Shown: positions 50,897 through 57,433 of the stretch, piece after piece
Position numbering within the stretch: the first letter of the stretch is position 1
Layout of the letters: every line of letters begins with the position of its first letter
Assembly (NCBI GenBank): GCA_051439425.1
Contig: JBFRWD010000074.1
Location: forward strand, 1-57,433
Source: Synechococcus sp.
GTDB lineage: Bacteria > Cyanobacteriota > Cyanobacteriia > Thermostichales > PCC-7336
DNA: 57,433 nucleotides
Reading direction: 5' to 3'
Notes under the pieces: model-generated
Database searches by the model: none
What the model was told of the DNA's origin: nothing
Seen by the model: the letters and a program-made list of their open reading frames with translations, nothing else
Program-made: the position numbers and the translations under genes

Positions 50897-51108
50897 TGAC
50901 TTGTGGAACCGGTGAGTTGTTAAGAGCAAAATCGCCAATCTCTGATATCTCAATCCGCTGTAAGGTCTAGAGTCGGGAAACAGCTCAAAGCCTTAACCCA
51001 CACGGAGAAATGAGTGGAGAACTCTCCATGGCGGATGGCCTGGCACTATAGCGAAGGGCCATACTATTTGAACATTGAGAAAGTTACAGTAGCTGATTGT
51101 CTGTGGCC

Positions 51109-52194
51109 ATGCGACACCTATTCCCTCTGCTTTCCAGCGCAGCGATCGCTGGAGCTATCACGCTTCTATCCCCCACTGCATTGGCCGATAACCCGCAACC
51201 ATTGACCTCACAACCATTAACAGAAGCAACTGTCGATCGCCTACAGAACACCGTCACCGTAGAACTTCAGCAAGAACCTATCCGATATGCCCGCGTGGAT
51301 GACTTGCTTGTGCCCGACGACAAATTGAGCACAGGAGCGCGGTCGTTGGCCCAAATGCTCTTTAACGACGCATCCTTGCTGCGTGTCGGGCAAAACTCGC
51401 TATTTCAGTTCGTACCCAGCGAGCGGCAAATCCTACTAGATCGAGGGTTGATGATGATAGTCACACCACCTGGAGCCGGGGGGGCTGAAGTTATTACGCC
51501 GACAGCGATCGCCGGACTGCAGGGGAGTTTGGCGACCTTTGTGAGCGAAGAACAAGGGGGAGATGAAATATTGGAAGCCGCCACATTTACGAGCGAATTG
51601 ATTTTGTACAACCGCTCGCGAGTGGAGATTGGACGCTTGCAACCGGGGGAACTCGGTATCGTTCGCAATGGAGTGCTGGAGTCGGTACAGCAGTTCGATC
51701 GCTGCAATGCTCTTCAGGAGAACTTGCTATTAGCTGGCCTCCATCCCGAAGACAATTCTATCGACGATGAATCCGAGGCAACAGCGGCAACACTACAACA
51801 GGAACGTAACCTGCTAGAAGACCAGGGGGCTTGCGATCCCGACCGCGAGATTGTTGCCAATCCCGAGCCACCCATTCCCCTCAGCCCCATCTGCCAGCAA
51901 ATTGTGGATTTGTACACAAACAATGTCCGCAGCTATGGGAGTGGCAGTTGGCAACCTCGCGGCTCCGAAGTCCCTCCCGGATCGGGCCGATTTCGCACGG
52001 AGTTGGTATACAACCTGAGACGAGGGGGCACGGTAGATAATGTCCGGGTGGTGCAAAGTAGCGGTCATGAGCCGTTGGATCGCTCGGCGATCTCGCATGT
52101 CCAATCGTTGAGCGGCTTTCCAGAATTTCCCAGTTGCTATCCCGGCGACACGCTGGAAGTCGATCACGGCTTCACGTTATTGGTAGGGCCGTAA
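51109..52194 (+). CDS. Secreted FecR-domain protein with C-terminal TonB_C-like domain
   Basis: Signal peptide; TGARSLAQMLFND-SLLRVGQNS and TPTAIAGLQGS (FecR); GTVDNVRVVQSSG-PLDRSA (TonB_C). Confidence 0.75.
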   Translation: MRHLFPLLSSAAIAGAITLLSPTALADNPQPLTSQPLTEATVDRLQNTVTVELQQEPIRYARVDDLLVPDDKLSTGARSLAQMLFNDASLLRVGQNSLFQFVPSERQILLDRGLMMIVTPPGAGGAEVITPTAIAGLQGSLATFVSEEQGGDEILEAATFTSELILYNRSRVEIGRLQPGELGIVRNGVLESVQQFDRCNALQENLLLAGLHPEDNSIDDESEATAATLQQERNLLEDQGACDPDREIVANPEPPIPLSPICQQIVDLYTNNVRSYGSGSWQPRGSEVPPGSGRFRTELVYNLRRGGTVDNVRVVQSSGHEPLDRSAISHVQSLSGFPEFPSCYPGDTLEVDHGFTLLVGP

Positions 52195-52403
52195 TGATTG
52201 GTGGGGTCATCATTCCAGAGCAAGCTCACACTTCAATCAAAAAGCTAATTCGTTCAAACGATAGAAACTAGGGCTGAATGCATGTATTGCCAACACAACT
52301 AGTCCGGCAACTTGTTCTGGCCTTGCTCAATTGTGTGGCCTAATTCACAGAACCAAGCTGACCACTTAAGTAGAACAACAAGTTTGTAAGGATAGACCAG
52401 AAC

Positions 52404-53382
52404 ATGATTGAGTCGGTGCGCGAACAGCCCAGGGTTTCGGTGATTATCCCCACCTACAATGTCGAAGAATATATCGGACGGGCCATTGAATCTGCACTGA
52501 ATCAAAGCATCGCGGACATTGAGGTGATTGTGGTTGATGATGCGTCAACCGATGGCACGCTTTCGATTGTGAAAGGCTTTGCCGAACGAGACCCCCGAGT
52601 AATAGCAATTGCCTGCAGCGAAAATGCTGGTGCTGCTGCTGCTCGCAATCTGGGGTTTGATGCCGCGAATGGAGAGTGGATTTGTCCGTTAGATGCCGAT
52701 GATTGGTTTTCTCCCAATCGGTTATCAACTCTTTTGGAAAGCGTGCCAGATTCAGCAGTTGACATGATTGCTGATGATTTCTATTTCGTGGATTACGAAA
52801 GTCTGGAGCCACAGACAACATTTTCTAAAAAAAAATGGAGATAGCTTCGATAAACCATTTCAAATTACGCCGTCCTTTTATGTCGAACAATCGAATAAAG
52901 CATTAGGACATGGCAGTAGTCCTGGATTTCTGAAACCTCTGGTTAAGCGATCGTTCCTCATCGATCGCGGCATTCGCCACCAAGAAAGCATACGGGTAAT
53001 GTACGACTTTTTCTTTACCCTCGACATCCTAATCGCTGGTGCTCGCTTCCACTTTCTTCCCGACCCTCATTATTTTTATCTGGTGCGACCTGGATCGCTA
53101 TGTCGACTTAACGACGACAGACAAGCTGAGAGAACTCGGATATTTATTGAAAAATTGCAGCAGAGATTGAACGATGCGCGGGTGAGTGCAGATCCAGAGT
53201 TAAACGCAGCTCTTTTACATAAGCTCGGTATTTGCCAAAAAAGGCTGGCATATCAGACTATAGTTGCATTTGTTTATCGCAAGCATTACTGGCAGGCATT
53301 CACCCAAACATTGAAACATCCGATAGCTGTCGTACATTTTGTTGAAAAATCCTTCCAAAAATTTCGCAGGGCTTTCAACTAA
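52404..53382 (+). pseudogene. Family 2 glycosyltransferase (ExoO/ExoU-like), frameshifted at an A9 run
   Basis: N-half has VSVIIPTYN, VDDASTD, ARN and LDADD; C-half has GFLKP and YDF; removing one A from 52827-52835 fuses them into a ~325 aa ORF. Confidence 0.8.
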
Positions 53383-53521
53383 TTCTGCCAGTTGTCTGAT
53401 TGCTCCCGCCGTCTCTGCAAAATTGCGGCCCAAGTCCTGAATCGACGGGGATTTGGGGGCAATGCTCCTGTCATTTGCCTACTATCAAGGCAGCTCAGAC
53501 TCTCAACTTATTAAGGAGTAT

Positions 53522-53953
53522 GTGGTGCCGGGTGACGATCGCCAGCGGGAACATCAAGCGAACGAACGGACGTTTTTGGCTTGGGTACGCACGTCTCTGT
53601 CGTTTATCGGTATCGGTCTGGCACTGACGCGGTTTTCGCTGTTCGTTCGCCAAGTCAATCGCTTGGGTTCAACAACCAATGGCTCGGTTTCCAGCGACAT
53701 CACCACGTTTTTGGGCGTGGCCATGATCGCGATTGGGATTACCACCATTGTTTTGGGTCTGTGGGAATACAATCGGGCTTACCGACAAATCGAAGCTCGT
53801 TCGTACCAACCCAATCGGGTGTTGGTGTGGGTGGTGGCGATCGCTATCTTGCTGTTGGGGGTTGTCAGTATGCCGCTGGCGTTGTGGAGGGCTGCAGCGA
53901 GCAAACCCAAACCGCTAGAACCTCCGGCCTTGTTGGCGCCTGAAGAGAATTGA
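53522..53953 (+). CDS. DUF202 / YidH family inner membrane protein
   Basis: HQANERTFLAWVRT motif, three TM helices; AAGGAG RBS before GTG 53522/53525 (ORF open from 53453). Confidence 0.9.
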   Translation: MVPGDDRQREHQANERTFLAWVRTSLSFIGIGLALTRFSLFVRQVNRLGSTTNGSVSSDITTFLGVAMIAIGITTIVLGLWEYNRAYRQIEARSYQPNRVLVWVVAIAILLLGVVSMPLALWRAAASKPKPLEPPALLAPEEN

Positions 53954-54040
53954 TGTTTGGATATTCCTTTATGGTGGCCACCTCCACAATTGCAGTGAGG
54001 TAGCCGTAGAATCATATGCAACGGCTGCGGACGAGTTTGC

Positions 54041-55108
54041 ATGAGAAATGATGCCAAGTTTGATGTGTTCCTTTGCCATAACAGCGAGGACAAGGATGCT
54101 GTTATTGAAATTGCTGAACAGCTGGAAGCCGGGGGCTTGCGGCCTTGGTTGGATGAGTGGGAATTGCGACCGGGGTTGTCTTGGCAGCTTGCGTTAGAGC
54201 AGCAGATTGAGCAGATTGCTTCAGCAGCGGTTTTTGTTGGTGCAAGTGGGCTTGGACCTTGGCAGCAGCAGGAAATTTATGCATTTTTAAACGAGTTTGT
54301 TAGCAGAAAATGCCCGGTAATTCCGGTGATTTTGGCAAATGCTCCGCAGAGGCCTGATTTACCCATTTTTTTGAAAAATAATACATGGGTGGACTTTCGT
54401 AGGCAGCGACCCGATCCTTTTGATCGATTGCTTTGGGGGGTGACGGGGAAAAAACCTACTCGAATTCACACACACATTTCTCCAAAACATCAATTAGATC
54501 GGAGTACTCAATCACTACTGGCAAATCTTGATTCTCTAAATTCTTTGGGATTGGGACGACCATTCGTTCCGAAGACATCAGAATGTGTAAAGTTGATTTC
54601 TTCGGTGGGAATGGACTATAGCATATTGAGAGACTTGCTAGCGGAGGGCAAATGGAAAGAAGCAGATCGTGAGACGGTGAGAGTCTTCTTGGCAGCTGCT
54701 AACCCTACCACCCCTGAATCTCCATATCTAGCTCAAGACTCGATTGGGAATTTTCCATGTCAAGATTTAGAAATAATTAATCGGCTTTGGGTGGAATATT
54801 CCAATGAGAAATTTGGATTCAGCATTCAAAAAAGAATATGGGATAAAATTGTCGGAAAAGGTACTAGTGGTATTGGGATAGGACCGCTTTTTGCGGATGA
54901 TTTTTTTAACCGTATTCAATGGAAGAAAGGGAAGAGCTGGTTGCCTTATTCAAATTTGATCTTTAAAAAAAATGCCCCAGTTGGCCATCTGCCAACTCTT
55001 GAGAGACAAATGGATCCGAATGGCTTGCAGTTTATCTGGGAGGTTATGGGAAGAAGTAATGAGTGGGCATGGCTATTCCAAAGACTAGAGACTTGTAAAA
55101 TAACGTAA
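54041..55108 (+). CDS. TIR domain + GUN4-like domain protein
   Basis: FDVFLCHNSEDK...WLDEWEL...PWQQQE (TIR); DYSILRDLL, WKEADRET, FPCQDL, FGFSIQK and GHLP (GUN4). Confidence 0.9.
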   Translation: MRNDAKFDVFLCHNSEDKDAVIEIAEQLEAGGLRPWLDEWELRPGLSWQLALEQQIEQIASAAVFVGASGLGPWQQQEIYAFLNEFVSRKCPVIPVILANAPQRPDLPIFLKNNTWVDFRRQRPDPFDRLLWGVTGKKPTRIHTHISPKHQLDRSTQSLLANLDSLNSLGLGRPFVPKTSECVKLISSVGMDYSILRDLLAEGKWKEADRETVRVFLAAANPTTPESPYLAQDSIGNFPCQDLEIINRLWVEYSNEKFGFSIQKRIWDKIVGKGTSGIGIGPLFADDFFNRIQWKKGKSWLPYSNLIFKKNAPVGHLPTLERQMDPNGLQFIWEVMGRSNEWAWLFQRLETCKIT

Positions 55109-55421
55109 GCTATCCATATTTCTACGATTTCTTCAATGCCTAGCATTGGTTCGAGCTACACCTAAGCTTGAATATTGCCTTGACAAGGCTTGGCTTTCAG
55201 CCTCAGGAGTTTTAGTAATATGCTTTCAAAAACAATATATTTTTTATGAACACTATCTTTCTTTGTGTTGGCAGCAGTATTCCAAATATCCTCCAGGAAT
55301 GAAGAACTTAAGGAAAATATCTCCCACTTATGAAGGATCTTAGGAGTCATCAAACCCTTCCCACTAGCCACCAACCACTCACCCACGCCACAATAAACCC
55401 AGCCAATTCCGTTCCTATCCC

Positions 55422-55727
55422 ATGCCCATCCGCCTCAGCACCCCCCTAGAATGGGCCATCCGTGGCTACAAAGTCGGCATTTCCCCCCTCCTCCCGGACA
55501 GTTGCCGCTACTATCCCACCTGCTCGCAATACGCCCTAGACTCCCTGCAAAAATTCGGCCTACTCCGCGGCTCCTGTCTTGCCGCCTGCCGCATCTGCCG
55601 CTGTCACCCCTGGAACCCCGGCGGCTTCGATCCCGTCCCCGACACCTGGGCCGAAGCAATGGGCAAAACAAAAGCTGTAGACAACGATTCCACCTCAGAA
55701 CCTGCAGAAAACACCGACCAACCGTAA
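55422..55727 (+). CDS. yidD: Membrane protein insertion efficiency factor
   Basis: [15 protein letters not shown] and [14 protein letters not shown] motifs. Confidence 0.95.
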   Translation: MPIRLSTPLEWAIRGYKVGISPLLPDSCRYYPTCSQYALDSLQKFGLLRGSCLAACRICRCHPWNPGGFDPVPDTWAEAMGKTKAVDNDSTSEPAENTDQP

Positions 55728-55777
55728 ACTAGCGAAAGCCCTTCACTAGCTGCATCTGCAGGCAAGCTCCGACCGGA

Positions 55778-56902
55778 ATGAGCAAGACCGTTGTCGTCAA
55801 AATTGGCACCTCTAGCCTGACCAATAATCAGTCAGGAGACTTGCGGCTATCGGCTATTGGCCCGCTCGTAGAAACCCTGACCCACCTACGCCGCGACGGT
55901 TGGCGAGTCGTCCTGGTATCTTCCGGAGCCGTTGGAGTGGGCAGCGCTCGCCTGAAACTGAAACAGCGCCCCACCACGATCGCCGAAAAACAAGCCGTAG
56001 CAGCCGTCGGCCAAGGACGTCTCATGCGGCTATACGACGATCTGTTCTCCTCCCTCAACCAACCCATTGCCCAAGTGCTGCTCACACGCGGAGACTTGGT
56101 CAACCGCGATCGCTACCTCAACGCCCAACGCACCTTCAACCAACTACTGGACATGCACGTCATCCCAGTAGTCAACGAAAACGACACCGTATCGGTGGAC
56201 GAGCTGCAATTTGGCGATAACGATACCCTTTCAGCGTTAGTGGCAGGCATCGTCGAAGCCAACTGGCTCATCCTTTTAACCGACGTCGATCGCCTCTATT
56301 CCGCCGACCCTCGACTCGACCCCAACGCTCAACCCATCACCCGCGTCGAAAAAGGCAAACCCCTACTCGTCCAAGCAGGTTCCACCGGAGCCAGCGGTTG
56401 GGGCACCGGCGGTATGGCCACCAAACTATCCGCCGCTCAAATCGCCACATCAATGGGAGTGACAATGGCGATCGCCAACGGCAAATCCCCCCACCTCATC
56501 CCTGGCATTCTGGCCGGAGATGACATCGGCACCCGCTTCGAGCCCGACCCCCAACCCTCCAATGCCCGCAAGCGCTGGATTGCCTTTGTACTGCAACCCA
56601 AAGGCTCCCTTGTGCTCGATCCGGGAGCAGTGAAAGCAGTGTACGACCAGGGGCGATCGCTTCTGCCCGCTGGAATCGCCAGCGTTAATGGCAACTTTGA
56701 AGCAGGGGCAGCAGTGAGTTTACGGGATGAGAGCGATCGCGAGATTGCTCGGGGACTCAGTAACTACAGCTCTGTCGAATTAGATCGAATTCGGGGCAAG
56801 AACTCTCGCGACATCGAGAAGACGTTGGGCTACAGCGGCGAAGATACCGTGGTTCACCGCGACAATCTAATGCTCCTAGAGCTGGAGCCATTCGCTGGTT
56901 GA
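55778..56902 (+). CDS. proB: Glutamate 5-kinase with PUA domain
   Basis: VVKIGTS, VSSGAV, NENDTV, FGDND and GTGGMATK motifs. Confidence 0.97.
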   Translation: MSKTVVVKIGTSSLTNNQSGDLRLSAIGPLVETLTHLRRDGWRVVLVSSGAVGVGSARLKLKQRPTTIAEKQAVAAVGQGRLMRLYDDLFSSLNQPIAQVLLTRGDLVNRDRYLNAQRTFNQLLDMHVIPVVNENDTVSVDELQFGDNDTLSALVAGIVEANWLILLTDVDRLYSADPRLDPNAQPITRVEKGKPLLVQAGSTGASGWGTGGMATKLSAAQIATSMGVTMAIANGKSPHLIPGILAGDDIGTRFEPDPQPSNARKRWIAFVLQPKGSLVLDPGAVKAVYDQGRSLLPAGIASVNGNFEAGAAVSLRDESDREIARGLSNYSSVELDRIRGKNSRDIEKTLGYSGEDTVVHRDNLMLLELEPFAG

Positions 56903-57239
56903 AGCCCCGTTAATGAAGCAGCCATCTCCTGACTCATGAACGACCATCCATACTCGTATATTCCCGCAATACCTTTCGAATAGCTGGTGGCACAAGGGTA
57001 TGCTGCGATTCGGGTTGCAAAACCCATCGATTGATGAAAGATGAACAGGCACATATCCGCTCCGCAAGATGTCTCGAAAGGGTTTGCTTAGTCTCAGCAG
57101 TTGTTCTGCTTTACAGCAGCACCCATGGCATGAACACTCAACTGAAAGGATTACACCAGCATGCTTCCCAAACGGCCACGGGGAGCCGCCTATCTTAAAA
57201 TCGGTCAGCGCAAGTTTAAAGGAGCTAACAAACACCGTT

Positions 57240-57433
57240 TAAGTAGGTCGTTCTAATTAAACAGAAAACGTTCGAGAGAGCGTCCATGCCTATGTGCCCG
57301 AGCCTCAATGCCAGCAATGATGGCATCAACTAAGTCAAGCTCATCATCAAACTGACGTCCAGCTAGCTCGTGTGTTTTGAACTGATGCCATTCGGTTTCG
57401 ATGCTGTTGAGCTGCGGACAATATGGAGGCAAA
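57240..57433 (-). mobile_element. IS630-family element: transposase C-terminus and terminal IR, truncated by the window edge
   Basis: Minus-strand frame 57432-57253 encodes LPPYCPQLNSIETEWHQFK (DDE Glu motif); end sequence TAAGTAGGTCGTTCTAATTAAA begins with TA. Confidence 0.85.

Noticed and set aside
56876..57235. 119-aa minus-strand ORF between proB and IS630
   Set aside because: No recognisable motifs and overlaps the proB end; at most a gene truncated by the IS
1..57433. tRNA, rRNA, DGR reverse transcriptase or template repeat
   Set aside because: None recognised by eye; tRNAscan/Infernal and a self-alignment would be needed to exclude them formally

Overview
Cyanobacterial chromosomal window. 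HIP1 (GCGATCGC) is abundant, STRR heptamer repeats occur, and there are NtcA boxes and cyanobacterial DUF families; the NrtP-type nitrate permease suggests a marine lineage. From 1 to 31 kb it holds mostly core genes: ggt, a nirB-like gene with nirA-nrtP-narB and clear NtcA/NtcB promoter elements, ddl, prs, recF, a phosphorylase-kinase-like GH15 protein, rsmE, prmA, deoC, an slr2103-like acyltransferase, DUF938, a D27-like isomerase and deaD. The stand-out feature is a co-oriented fatty-acid beta-oxidation cluster at 31.3-40.6 kb (FadD-like, FadN, FadA, FadE, lipase). It is HIP1-rich and so appears long resident, although cyanobacteria are generally held to lack beta-oxidation; its acyl-CoA ligase has degenerate catalytic motifs. 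Next to it, a TIR + FGE-sulfatase (CLec) gene ends in what looks like a diversity-generating-retroelement variable region with a downstream GC hairpin, but no RT or template region was seen in the window. The 42-55 kb accessory region holds an MFS transporter, a CrtQa-like desaturase, an IS6 remnant, CARDB, NmrA and DUF1772 genes, a FecR-TonB_C fusion, a GT2 frameshifted at an A9 run and a TIR-GUN4 gene. The window ends with yidD, proB and the edge of an IS630 element. All family calls come from motif recognition by eye; no database searches were run.
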